DNA from: Acidimicrobiales bacterium
Lineage (GTDB): Bacteria; Actinomycetota; Acidimicrobiia; Acidimicrobiales; GCA-2861595
Direction of reading: 5' to 3'
NCBI GenBank assembly: GCA_036262515.1
Contig: DATAIT010000127.1
Location: 20,901-84,900, forward strand
DNA: 64,000 nt
The notes under the pieces are model-generated. The model was given only the letters and a program-made list of their open reading frames with translations. It had not been told where the DNA came from and did no database searches. A program made the position numbers and the translations under genes. Below are positions 18,051 to 27,066 of the stretch, piece by piece. Each line of letters starts with the position of its first letter. Position 1 is the first letter of the stretch.

Positions 18051-18086
18051 CTACGCTCGACTGGTGGACGCTACCGGCGACGCTCG

Positions 18087-18998
18087 ATGACCGGCGAGTT
18101 CGCCGTCATCGACCGGTTGCGCAGGATGCTTCCGGGCCCACCCGAAGGCGAGACGTGGATCGGCGACGACGCCGCCGTCGTCTCGCCCCCCCGGGGCGGG
18201 CTTCTGCTGACGGCCGACGCCGTGGTGGAGGGGGTGCACGTCGACCTGCGGCTGCTGCGACTCGACGACGTGGGGTGGAAGGCCGTGTCGGTCAGCGTGA
18301 GCGACGTGGCGGCCATGGGGTGCCGGCCCCTCTACGCCCTGATCACCGTGTGCGGCCCTCCGGACACCGACATCGAGCTGCTGTACGCCGGCGTGGCCGA
18401 GGCGGTGGCGGCGTACGACTGCCCCGTGGTCGGCGGCGACCTGGTGAGCGCGCCGCAGCTCGCCGTGTCCGTGGCGGTGGCGGGGGAGACCGCCCACCGC
18501 GCACCGGTGCTGCGGACCGGCGCCCGACCCGGGGATCGGGTTTTCGTCACGGGCCGGCTGGGGGGGTCGGCCGCCGGGCTGCGCCTGCTGCGGTCTGGAG
18601 CGGCGAAGGCGGACCATCCGCTGGCCCTCGCCCATCGCCGCCCGGTGGCGCGCCTCCCCGAGGGACGGGCGGCCCGCGCCGCGGGGGCCACGGCGATGGT
18701 CGACGTGTCGGACGGTCTCGCGTCCGACATCGGCCACCTGCTCGACGCCTCGCGTGTCGGCGTGACCCTCGACCACGTGCCGGTCGCCGGAGGGGCGACG
18801 CTCGACGACGCGCTCGGCGGTGGCGAGGACTACGAGCTCGTCTTCACGTCCTCTGACCCGGCTCGGGTGGCGGCGACGTTCGCCGAAGCCGGTCTCCGCC
18901 AGCCCATCGGGATCGGATACTGCACGGCCGATCCGGCCCAGCGGCTGCTCGACGGCGCCCCTCTTCCCGACGCCGGCTGGCGGCACCAGTTCCGGTGA
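18087..18998 (+). CDS. thiL: Thiamine-monophosphate kinase
   Basis: ATG at 18087 within ORF 15936..18998. 'EFAVIDRL...IGDDAAV...GVHVDL...GWKAVSVSVSDVAAMG' is the ThiL/AIR-synthase-like pattern. Confidence 0.85.
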   Translation: MTGEFAVIDRLRRMLPGPPEGETWIGDDAAVVSPPRGGLLLTADAVVEGVHVDLRLLRLDDVGWKAVSVSVSDVAAMGCRPLYALITVCGPPDTDIELLYAGVAEAVAAYDCPVVGGDLVSAPQLAVSVAVAGETAHRAPVLRTGARPGDRVFVTGRLGGSAAGLRLLRSGAAKADHPLALAHRRPVARLPEGRAARAAGATAMVDVSDGLASDIGHLLDASRVGVTLDHVPVAGGATLDDALGGGEDYELVFTSSDPARVAATFAEAGLRQPIGIGYCTADPAQRLLDGAPLPDAGWRHQFR

Positions 18999-19002
18999 CC
19001 CG

Positions 19003-19812
19003 TTGACGGCCGGCCCGCCCGTGGCCCTCACCATCGCCGGCACGGACTCCGGTGGCGGGGCCGGGGTGGCCGCCGACCTCAAGACGTTCGAGGCGCACGG
19101 GGTGTGGGGGACATGCGCCATCGTCGCCGTGACGGCGCAAAACACGACGGGGGTCCAGTGGATCGAGACGGTGTCGCCCGCGGCCGCGGCGGCCCAGATC
19201 TCGAGCGTGGCGTCCGACATCGCCGTCGACGCCGCGAAGACGGGCATGCTGGCCTCCGCCGAGCTGGTCCGGGCGGTGGCCGGTGCCATCCGGGACGCCC
19301 GTATCCCGAGGCTCGTCGTCGATCCTGTCCTGGTGTCGAAGCACGGCAACCCGCTCCTGGCGGACGACGCCGTCGACACCCTGCGCGACGACCTCCTTCC
19401 CCTGGCCAGCGTGGTCACACCCAACCTGCCGGAGGCGGCGCGACTGGTCGGCTTCGACGTCGCCGGCCGTCAGGCCATGGAGGCGGCCGGTCGCGCCCTG
19501 GTCGCCATGGGCCCGGCCGTGGCCATGGTGAAGGGCGGCCACCTCGGCGGGAACTCGTCGCCCGACTGCCTCGTGGTCGCGGGCGCGACCGAGGCCGTGT
19601 GGCTCGAAGCCCCCCGTTCCCCCGCCTGTCACACGCACGGCACGGGGTGCGTCCTCTCGGCGGCGATCTGCGCCGAGCTGGCGCGGGGGATGGACCCTGC
19701 CGACGCCTGCGTGGCGGCGCGCCACTTCTGCTCCCGCGCCATCGCCGCCGGACTCGCCCTGGGGACCGGCGTCGGTCCCGTGAACCCGGGCTGGGAGCGG
19801 GCGGCGCGGTGA
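19003..19812 (+). CDS. thiD: Hydroxymethylpyrimidine/phosphomethylpyrimidine kinase
   Basis: 'LTIAGTDSGGGAGVAADLKTF' and 'VVDPVLVSKHG' motifs. Start is TTG 19003 or GTG 19021. Confidence 0.85.
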   Translation: MTAGPPVALTIAGTDSGGGAGVAADLKTFEAHGVWGTCAIVAVTAQNTTGVQWIETVSPAAAAAQISSVASDIAVDAAKTGMLASAELVRAVAGAIRDARIPRLVVDPVLVSKHGNPLLADDAVDTLRDDLLPLASVVTPNLPEAARLVGFDVAGRQAMEAAGRALVAMGPAVAMVKGGHLGGNSSPDCLVVAGATEAVWLEAPRSPACHTHGTGCVLSAAICAELARGMDPADACVAARHFCSRAIAAGLALGTGVGPVNPGWERAAR

Positions 19813-19879
19813 CGACCGTCGGGTCGGGCACCTGAGCGGCGCCGGCCACCTCCGGCTCGGCGTCCTCGACCAGTCACCG

Positions 19880-20884
19880 GTGCCGGCTGGCGCCACTGGC
19901 GCGGACGCGCTGCGCGACACCGTCGCGCTGGCCGGCGCCGCCGAGGCGCTCGGATATTCCCGATACTGGCTGGCCGAGCACCACAACACGACGGGCCTGG
20001 CCGGGACCGCGCCCGAGGTTCTCGCCGCCCGGGTGGCGTCGGCCACATCCACCATCCGCGTCGGCGCCGGTGGCGTGCTGCTGTCGCACTACAGCTCGCT
20101 CAAGGTCGCCGAGGCCTTTCGCGTCCTGCAGGCGCTGTTCCCGGATCGCATCGACCTCGGTATCGGCCGCACGGCAGGCGCCGACGAGGTGGCAACCTCC
20201 GCATTGCAGGCCGGCCCGGAGTCGTTCGGTGACGAGCATTTCCCGCGACGCGTCGCCGACCTCATCGCGTACCTCGGCGGCGGCCTCGAGGCCGAGCATC
20301 CCCACGCCGGCGCCCGCGCGATGCCGGCGTCGCCCGGGGGCCCTGAGGTGTGGCTCCTCGGGTCGAGCTCGTACAGCTCCGCCCTCGCCGCCGCCCTCGG
20401 CGTGTCGTTCTGCTTCGCCCACTTCATCACGCCCGCCTACGGGCACCTGGTCGTCGACCGCTACCGGCGCTCGTTCACGCCGTGCGGCGCCGCAGGGCTG
20501 ACCGGGCCGCGAGCGGCGCTGGCCGTCTCGGTCATCTGCGCCGACACCGACGCCGAGGCCGAGCGCCTGGCGACCAGCCAAGCGGTGTGGCGTCTCGGAA
20601 GCGACGACGACCGCGGCCCCCTGCCGTCGCCCGAGGACGCAGCCGTCGTCCTCGGCGGGCTCGACCGGGTGGCCCGGGCCCGGGTCGCCCAGGCGCGGGA
20701 GCGGGTGCTGGTCGGCGGGGTGGAGCGCGTGAGGCGGGAGATCGGCGCGCTGGCAGCGGCCTTCGGCGTGGACGAGACGATCGTCGTCACCGTGGTGCAC
20801 GACCCCGTGGCACGCCGTCGCTCCTACGAGCTGCTGGCCGGCGCCTTCGACCTCGGGCCCGGAGTGGTGGGCGACGACGGGTAG
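19880..20884 (+). CDS. LLM-class (luciferase-like) flavin-dependent oxidoreductase; real start probably upstream of 19880
   Basis: 'LGYSRYWLAEHHN' LLM signature. The conserved N-terminal strand 'LRLGVLDQSPV' is encoded in frame upstream of the first canonical start (see findings). Confidence 0.8.
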   Translation: MPAGATGADALRDTVALAGAAEALGYSRYWLAEHHNTTGLAGTAPEVLAARVASATSTIRVGAGGVLLSHYSSLKVAEAFRVLQALFPDRIDLGIGRTAGADEVATSALQAGPESFGDEHFPRRVADLIAYLGGGLEAEHPHAGARAMPASPGGPEVWLLGSSSYSSALAAALGVSFCFAHFITPAYGHLVVDRYRRSFTPCGAAGLTGPRAALAVSVICADTDAEAERLATSQAVWRLGSDDDRGPLPSPEDAAVVLGGLDRVARARVAQARERVLVGGVERVRREIGALAAAFGVDETIVVTVVHDPVARRRSYELLAGAFDLGPGVVGDDG

Positions 20885-20931
20885 CGGGGCCCGGCGGGGC
20901 CCGGCGGCGCCCCGCCGCCGCCGGCGGTCCC

Positions 20932-21126
20932 TCAGTGGACCGCTTTGGTGACCTTGCCCGCCCTGATGCACGACGTGCACACGTGCACGCGCTTGGTGGT
21001 GCCGTCGACGATGGCGCGAACCCGCTGGATGTTGGGGTTCCAGCGACGCTTGGTGCGCCGGTGGGAGTGACTGATGCTCATGCCGAAGGAGGGATGCTTC
21101 CCACAGACGTCGCAGACCGCTGCCAT
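20932..21126 (-). CDS. rpmB: 50S ribosomal protein L28
   Basis: Internal ATG at 21126 of ORF 20932..21204. 'MAAVCDVCGKHPSFGMSISHSHRRTKRRWNPNIQ'. Confidence 0.9.
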   Translation of the reverse strand: MAAVCDVCGKHPSFGMSISHSHRRTKRRWNPNIQRVRAIVDGTTKRVHVCTSCIRAGKVTKAVH

Positions 21127-21154
21127 GCGGAGGACGTTACTACCATCGGCTCCG

Positions 21155-22807
21155 GTGGAGACCTTGGAGCGGCTGGGAGCCGAGCAGGTGCGCGCCGTGG
21201 TCACGGCCTACCGGGACGCCCTGAGGACCCATCAGGAGGCGGTGAACCGCCTGAACGTGTACCCCGTCCCCGACGGCGACACCGGTACGAACATGGCACT
21301 CACGGTTGAGTCGGTCGTCGGCGAGCTCGACGGCACCGACGACATGGCCTCCACCTGCAAGGCCATCGCCCACGGTTCGCTCATGGGCGCCCGTGGCAAC
21401 TCCGGGGTGATCCTGTGCCAGCTCCTGCGGGGACTGTCGGACGCCTGGAAGGCATCAGACTCCGTCGGTCCAACGGAGATCGCCGACTCGTTGCGACGGG
21501 CCAGCGACGCCGCCTACCGGGCCGTGATGCACCCGGTGGAGGGGACCATCCTCACGGTGGCGGCGGCCGCTGCGAGCGGCGCCTCCGAGGCAGTGGCGGC
21601 CGGCAAGGAGCTGTGCGACGTGCTCCAGACGGCGCGGGCGGCGGCGGCCGAGGCATTGAAACGCACGCCCGAGATGCTGGCGGTGCTGAAGGAGGCGGGG
21701 GTGGTCGACGCCGGCGGCGCCGGTTTCGTGCTCCTGTTGGATGCGCTCCTGCACGTGGTCACCGGTCGACCGCTGCCCGAGGCGCCGCCCGTTCCCGCCG
21801 ACAGCGCGTCCGCCTCCGTGCCGGTGTCGCCGTTGCCGTCCACGCGCGGCGCCGACGCCACCGAGGACGGGCCGCGCTACGAGGTCATGTACCTGCTCGA
21901 GGTGGCCGACGACGCCATCCCCGGCTTCAAGCGCGCCTGGAGCGACATCGGAGACTCCATCGTGGTCGTCGGCGGCGAGGGCACGTGGAACTGCCACATC
22001 CACACCGACGACATCGGCGGGGCGGTCGAGGCCGGCCTCGACGTCGGTGGCCGCCCCCGTCGCATCCACGTCACGGACCTCCACGAACAGGTCGAGGAGC
22101 AGCGCTGGGTCCGGGAGGGAACCGGCCCGGCCGAGGCCGACGCCCCGTCGGCGCGCACCGCCGTCGTGGCCGTGGCCAGCGGCGCGGGCGTGGCCCGGAT
22201 CTTCCGCTCGCTCGGGGCGGCGCGCGTCGTCGCCGGCGGGCAGTCGATGAACCCGTCGACGGCCGAGATCCTGGAGGCGGTCGACGGCGTGTCGGCCGAC
22301 GAGGTGGTCGTCCTGCCCAACAACTCCAACATCGTGCCGGTGGCCGAGCAGGTCGGCGCTCTCACCGCCAAGATCGTGCGCGTCGTGCCCACCCGGGCAG
22401 TCGCCGAAGGGATGGCCGCCCTCCTCGACTACGACGGGAACGAGGACGCCGCCGCCAACGCCAAGGCGATGGGCGCGGCCGCCGGTCGGGTGACGCCCGG
22501 CGAGGTGACGCGGGCGGTCCGGGCATCGTCGTCCAGCGCCGGACCCATCGCCGAGGGCGACTGGCTGGGCCTCTCCGCCACCGGCATCGAGGTCGTCGCC
22601 CCTTCGGTGGCCGAGGCGGCGACCGCCCTGCTCGACTGCCTGGTCAGCGCCGGCCACGAGCTCGTGACCGTGCTCGAGGGCGAGGACGCCGACCCCGCCG
22701 ACACGAGGGCCATCCATGACTGGCTGGAGCACCACCGGCCGGGCGTGGCCACCGAGGTCCACGACGGGGGCCAGCCGCTCTATCCCTTCCTCTTCTCGAT
22801 CGAGTGA
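21155..22807 (+). CDS. DAK2 domain-containing protein (YloV-like)
   Basis: 'YPVPDGDTGTNM' Dak2 motif. Divergent from rpmB and upstream of recG. Start is GTG 21155 or ATG 21125; the ORF-track start 21074 would overlap rpmB. Confidence 0.85.
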   Translation: METLERLGAEQVRAVVTAYRDALRTHQEAVNRLNVYPVPDGDTGTNMALTVESVVGELDGTDDMASTCKAIAHGSLMGARGNSGVILCQLLRGLSDAWKASDSVGPTEIADSLRRASDAAYRAVMHPVEGTILTVAAAAASGASEAVAAGKELCDVLQTARAAAAEALKRTPEMLAVLKEAGVVDAGGAGFVLLLDALLHVVTGRPLPEAPPVPADSASASVPVSPLPSTRGADATEDGPRYEVMYLLEVADDAIPGFKRAWSDIGDSIVVVGGEGTWNCHIHTDDIGGAVEAGLDVGGRPRRIHVTDLHEQVEEQRWVREGTGPAEADAPSARTAVVAVASGAGVARIFRSLGAARVVAGGQSMNPSTAEILEAVDGVSADEVVVLPNNSNIVPVAEQVGALTAKIVRVVPTRAVAEGMAALLDYDGNEDAAANAKAMGAAAGRVTPGEVTRAVRASSSSAGPIAEGDWLGLSATGIEVVAPSVAEAATALLDCLVSAGHELVTVLEGEDADPADTRAIHDWLEHHRPGVATEVHDGGQPLYPFLFSIE

Positions 22808-24915
22808 GTCCCCGCCGTCTCAGCACGCTGGCCGCCATCCCGGTGAGCGAGCTGAAGGGCGTCGGCACCAAGCGGGTCGAGAGCCTGGCCGAGATGGACA
22901 TCGGCGACGTCCTGGACCTGCTCATGCACTACCCGCGCCGCTACGTGGACCGCACGAGCCAGGCGTCGATCAGGGAGATGGCGGTCGGCGCCGAAGCGAT
23001 GGTGGTCGCCACCGTGAAGCGGGTGACGAGCCGACGCACCAGGCAGGGGCGGTCGCTGACGGAGGTCGACGTGTTCGACGGCAGCGGCTACCTGCACTGC
23101 GTGTTCTTCAACCAGCCCTGGCGGGGCAAGCAGCTCAAGGCCGGCACCGAGGCGGTGTTCTTCGGCCGCCTCGAGGTGTTCCAGGGACGGCGCCGGATGA
23201 CGAACCCGGTGGTCGACCTCATCGGCGACCGCACGGGCAGGATCATCCCGATCTACCCGCAGTCGGGCAAGGCCGGCGTGCAGACGTGGGAGCTGGCGGC
23301 CTGGATCACCGAGGCACTGGAGCGGGCCGGTGATCTCGCCGAACCGCTCCCGCCGGCAGTCCGCGACGAGCTGCACCTGGCCGGGCGCACCTGGGCGTTC
23401 CGGCAGATCCACGAGCCGGAGTCCATGGGTGCGGCCCAGACGGCGCGGCGACGCCTCGCCTTCGACGAGCTGTTCCGGCTCCAGGTTGCGCTCGTCATGC
23501 GCAAGCGGGCGGTGGAGCGGGCCTCGAAGGGCATCCGCCACACGGTGGACGGCGAGCTGGTGCGCCGGTTCCACGCGGCACTGCCGTTCGAGCTCACCGG
23601 CGCGCAGCAGCGCGCCTGGCGTGACATCGCCGCAGACCTGGCCGGACCGCACCCGATGCACCGGTTGCTCCAGGGCGACGTGGGTGCCGGCAAGACGGTC
23701 GTGGCCGTCACCGCCATGCTGGCTGCCGTGCAGGGCGGTCACCAGGGCGCGCTGATGGCCCCCACCGAGGTGCTGGCCGAGCAGCACTTCCTCGGCGTGC
23801 GCGAGTTGCTCGGTGGGTTGAACGTGCCGGATCCGGCCACGTTGATTGGCGACCGCGGGCTGCGGGTGGAGCTGCTCACCAATCGCACGCCGGCGGCGCG
23901 CCGCACCAAGCTCCATGCCGCGCTCCGCGCCGGTGAGGTCGACGTGTTGATCGGGACCCACGCCCTCCTGACCGAGCACGTGGAGTTCGCCGACCTGGGC
24001 GTGGTGGTGATCGACGAACAGCACCGCTTTGGCGTGGAGCAGCGGGCTGCCCTGCGTGGCAAGGGCAGTGATCCCGACGTGCTGGTGATGACGGCGACGC
24101 CGATCCCGCGCACCGCCGCCATGCTCGTGTATGGCGACCTCGACCTGACGGTGATGGACGAGCTGCCGCCGGGGCGGACGCCGATCACGACGGCGTGGGC
24201 GCGTGGTCCGTTGGAGGAGGCCCAGGCCTGGGCCAAGGTGCGCGACGAGGTGGCGACCGGACGCCAGGCCTTCGTCGTGTGCCCACTCGTCGACGAGTCG
24301 GAGCGGATCCAGGCCCGGTCGGCGACCGAGGAGCTGGAGCGCCTGCGGGCGGAGGTCTTCCCCGATCTGCGCCTGGGGCTCCTGCACGGCCAGATGGCCG
24401 CTGCCGACAAGGAGGCGGCCATGGACGCCTTCCGGCGGGGCCAGGTCGACGTCCTCGTCGCCACCACCGTCGTCGAGGTGGGCGTCGACATCCCCAATGC
24501 CACGGTGATGGTGGTCGAGGATGCCGACCGCTTCGGCATGGCGCAGCTGCACCAGCTCCGTGGGCGCGTCGGTCGGGGGGCGGCGGCGTCGTGGTGCTTC
24601 CTGCTGGGGGAGGCGACCACGCCCGAGGCCGAGGAGAGGCTCAGCGCCCTGGTGCGAACGACCGACGGCTTCGAGCTGGCGGAGGTCGACCTCGACCTGC
24701 GGGGTGAGGGAACGATCCTCGGTACGCGCCAGAAGGGGCGCAGCGATCTGCGCCTGGCGTCGCTGCGGCGCGACAAGGACCTCGTGCGCGAAGCGCGTCG
24801 GGTGGCTTCGGCCATCCTCGACGGCGACCCGTTGCTAGACGCCCACGAGATCCTGGCCGACGAGGTGCGCCTACTCGTCGACGAGGAGGAGGCGGACTTC
24901 CTGTTCAAGTCGTGA
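22804..24915 (+). CDS. recG: ATP-dependent DNA helicase RecG
   Basis: Wedge-domain N-terminus, Walker A 'GDVGAGKTVVA', 'DEQHRFG' box. The GTG overlaps the upstream TGA. Confidence 0.95.
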   Translation: MSPRRLSTLAAIPVSELKGVGTKRVESLAEMDIGDVLDLLMHYPRRYVDRTSQASIREMAVGAEAMVVATVKRVTSRRTRQGRSLTEVDVFDGSGYLHCVFFNQPWRGKQLKAGTEAVFFGRLEVFQGRRRMTNPVVDLIGDRTGRIIPIYPQSGKAGVQTWELAAWITEALERAGDLAEPLPPAVRDELHLAGRTWAFRQIHEPESMGAAQTARRRLAFDELFRLQVALVMRKRAVERASKGIRHTVDGELVRRFHAALPFELTGAQQRAWRDIAADLAGPHPMHRLLQGDVGAGKTVVAVTAMLAAVQGGHQGALMAPTEVLAEQHFLGVRELLGGLNVPDPATLIGDRGLRVELLTNRTPAARRTKLHAALRAGEVDVLIGTHALLTEHVEFADLGVVVIDEQHRFGVEQRAALRGKGSDPDVLVMTATPIPRTAAMLVYGDLDLTVMDELPPGRTPITTAWARGPLEEAQAWAKVRDEVATGRQAFVVCPLVDESERIQARSATEELERLRAEVFPDLRLGLLHGQMAAADKEAAMDAFRRGQVDVLVATTVVEVGVDIPNATVMVVEDADRFGMAQLHQLRGRVGRGAAASWCFLLGEATTPEAEERLSALVRTTDGFELAEVDLDLRGEGTILGTRQKGRSDLRLASLRRDKDLVREARRVASAILDGDPLLDAHEILADEVRLLVDEEEADFLFKS

Positions 24916-25323
24916 GCCAAGGGCGACGGAAACTGACTAAAACGTCGAACGCGCCAGACCGGGACGATTTCGTTCCGGCGCTCCAGCACGAAGGTGAACC
25001 TGCAGGCTGCCCGAGGTCCGTCCGATGCCTGCAACCTGCCCGGACCAACTCCGGCATCGGGAGCCCCATCCGGTTGCGTGGCGTCGCTGGGCGTGCGCCC
25101 ACACTCCTGGCGCGGGAGCCTCCATACATCTGATTATTCCGCCAAAAGCGTCGAAATCGAAATGTTCCGGCCTCTCTTCCGATTGGTCATTTGACCGTTT
25201 CGACAGTGGGAACAGGCGGTTACCTTCCTCGTCAGCAGTTCGGCGGACTGCGAATCCCTGCGGTTTTCCCGGTCAGTTCGGCGCGGGACGGAGCGCAGCC
25301 CGATCACGTACGAAGGAGCGACA

Positions 25324-26937
25324 GTGGTTTCCCATAGCGACAATGCTCAGAGCGCCTTCTCCACTGAGGCACGCCCGGCGGTGAAGCCCAATGCGAGGTA
25401 TACGCCTCCCAAGAGAAGTTTCCGGAGAACCAAGGCGGTGGCACTGCTGCTCAGTTCCGGCGTCGCGTCGGCACTCGGATCCGGGGTTTTCGCCTCGCCG
25501 GCGTCTGCAAGCATCCCCTCTGCAGATGGCACGTTCTACGGCTGCTACCTGAAGACCGACGGGTCTCTGAGGCTCATCAACAAGGACAAGGGCAAGACGT
25601 GCACCACTTCTGAGGTGGCCGTTTCCTGGGGTACCGGTGCCCAAGGTGCGCAGGGCGCGACCGGTGCTCAGGGTGCGCAGGGCTCGCAGGGTGCGACCGG
25701 GGCGCAGGGCCCGATCGGTCCGCAGGGTGCAACGGGGGCCCAGGGAGCGAACGGCGCGCAGGGTGCGACCGGCGCGCAGGGTGCGACCGGCGCGCAGGGT
25801 GCGACCGGTGCCCAGGGTGCCGACGGCGCTCAAGGTGCGAACGGCTCGCAGGGCGCGACCGGTGCCCAAGGTGCCGACGGCGCGCAGGGTGCAACCGGCG
25901 CCCAGGGTGCGGTTGGTGCCCAGGGCCCGATCGGTCCGCAGGGCGCCACGGGTGCCCAGGGTTCTGACGGCGCGCAGGGCGCCACCGGTGCCCAGGGAGC
26001 CGACGGCGCCCAAGGCGCGCAGGGTGCCGACGGAGCGCAGGGCGCCACCGGTGCCCAGGGTGCTGACGGAGCGCAAGGTGCGCAGGGTGCCGACGGAGCG
26101 CAGGGCGCCACCGGTGCCCAGGGTGCCGACGGCGCTCAGGGTGCAACCGGCGCACAGGGTGCCGACGGTGCCCAGGGTGCTGACGGCGCCCAGGGGGCCG
26201 ACGGCGCGCAGGGAGCGACGGGCGCTCAGGGTGCGGCAGGGGCCCAGGGCCCGATCGGTCCGCAGGGCGCTACCGGTGCCCAGGGCGCCGCCGGTGCCCA
26301 GGGTGCCGACGGTGCCCAGGGGGCCGACGGCGCTCAGGGTGCTACTGGTGCGCAGGGTGCCGACGGCGCTCAGGGTGCGACGGGCGCCCAGGGTGCGGTA
26401 GGGGCGCAGGGCCCGATCGGTCCGCAGGGCGCTACCGGCGCCCAGGGAGCCGACGGTTCCCAGGGTGCGAACGGTTCCCAGGGTGCGAACGGCGCCCAGG
26501 GTGCGACGGGCGCCCAGGGCGCGACGGGCGCTCAGGGTGCCACCGGCGCCCAGGGTCCGGTTGGACCCCAGGGTGCCACGGGCGCACAGGGCGCTACCGG
26601 CGCCCAGGGTGCCACCGGCGCTCAGGGCGCCACCGGCGCTCAGGGTGCACAGGGCGTGATCGGCGCCACGACCCTGGTCACCGGGTCGGCGGTAAACATC
26701 GCGGCCAACCTCAGTATCGGCTCCACGACCTCAGCGACTGCGACGTGCGCCAGCGGCAAGGCGATCAGCGGTGGTGGAACGATCACCAACGCCGGATCGT
26801 CGACGAAGGCTGTCTCAGTTCTCACGGAGTCCAAGCCGACGACGGCGACGAACCCGGGGACCTGGACCGTGACAGCCACGGTCGCCGTCAGCGGGAACTC
26901 GAGCTCGACAGTTACGGCCTACGTGCTCTGCGGCTGA
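25324..26937 (+). CDS. Secreted collagen-like triple-helix-repeat protein
   Basis: GTG start after the 'gaaggag' RBS. Signal-like '[29 protein letters not shown]'. 115 consecutive Gly-X-Y triplets, then a ~90-aa Cys-bracketed C-terminal domain. Confidence 0.85.
   Translation: MVSHSDNAQSAFSTEARPAVKPNARYTPPKRSFRRTKAVALLLSSGVASALGSGVFASPASASIPSADGTFYGCYLKTDGSLRLINKDKGKTCTTSEVAVSWGTGAQGAQGATGAQGAQGSQGATGAQGPIGPQGATGAQGANGAQGATGAQGATGAQGATGAQGADGAQGANGSQGATGAQGADGAQGATGAQGAVGAQGPIGPQGATGAQGSDGAQGATGAQGADGAQGAQGADGAQGATGAQGADGAQGAQGADGAQGATGAQGADGAQGATGAQGADGAQGADGAQGADGAQGATGAQGAAGAQGPIGPQGATGAQGAAGAQGADGAQGADGAQGATGAQGADGAQGATGAQGAVGAQGPIGPQGATGAQGADGSQGANGSQGANGAQGATGAQGATGAQGATGAQGPVGPQGATGAQGATGAQGATGAQGATGAQGAQGVIGATTLVTGSAVNIAANLSIGSTTSATATCASGKAISGGGTITNAGSSTKAVSVLTESKPTTATNPGTWTVTATVAVSGNSSSTVTAYVLCG
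25636..26670 (+). repeat. Coding tandem repeat with 9-bp (GXY) / 18-bp (GA[TDNQ]-GAQ) periodicity
   Basis: My manual count is 115 uninterrupted GGN-GCN-NNN triplets (1035 nt). Five 'GP[IV]GPQ' punctuation units. All six frames are open across it. Confidence 0.9.
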
Positions 26938-26971
26938 ACCAACCTGAGCAGCTCGTCGCACGGAGCGACAC

Positions 26972-27003
26972 GAAGACGGGGGGCCACCAGGCCCCCCGTC
27001 TTC
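26972..27003. terminator. Strong bidirectional intrinsic terminator hairpin
   Basis: Perfect 14-bp stem 'gaagacggggggcc' / 'ggccccccgtcttc' with loop 'acca', followed by 'tgtttg'. It lies between the convergent collagen-like and GT2 genes. Confidence 0.8.
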
Positions 27004-27066
27004 TGTTTGCAACCTCCCGATAGCGGTCCACCGGAGCTGACAGAGTGCCGCCCGAGCGCCATCGGC

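Noticed and set aside
15936-18086. N-terminal ~717 aa of the 1020-aa + strand ORF 15936..18998
   Set aside because: This portion is antisense to pckG and to the 84-aa ORF. Only the last 304 codons, from ATG 18087, match ThiL.
20885-20931. Tandem 'ggggcccggc' x2 and a GC hairpin between the convergent LLM and rpmB genes, as a terminator
   Set aside because: The stem is short (about 9 bp), the loop is GC-rich and there is no U-tract. This is plausible but too weak to annotate.
24912-25343. Small ORFs (73, 66, 62, 69 aa) and a possible ncRNA or att site in the lower-GC spacer after recG
   Set aside because: There are no RBSs and no recognisable motifs. I could find no tRNA-like structure and no direct repeats matching the other end of the block. 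A weak hairpin at 24959..24978 lacks a U-tract. I treat the spacer as an untranslated promoter/leader region for the collagen-like gene.
25273-26401. Alternative-frame and reverse-strand ORFs inside the collagen repeat (for example 25273..26076 -, 25577..26155 -, 25637..26401 +)
   Set aside because: They are by-products of a 9-bp periodic GC-rich repeat that lacks stops in every frame. Only the GXY frame has an RBS, a signal peptide and non-repetitive terminal domains.
25636-26670. Possible CRISPR array or non-coding satellite
   Set aside because: The period is 9/18 bp with no unique spacers and no cas genes. The repeat is perfectly in frame within a CDS.
27014-27026. 'CCCGATAG' sigma-28-like -10 elements (here and at ~54839..54848), given the FliA/WhiG sigma factor in the window
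   Set aside because: There is no TAAA/-35 element at the correct spacing. In one case 'GTTT' lies only 8 nt upstream. Both sites point into the 3' ends of genes or lie just after a stop codon.
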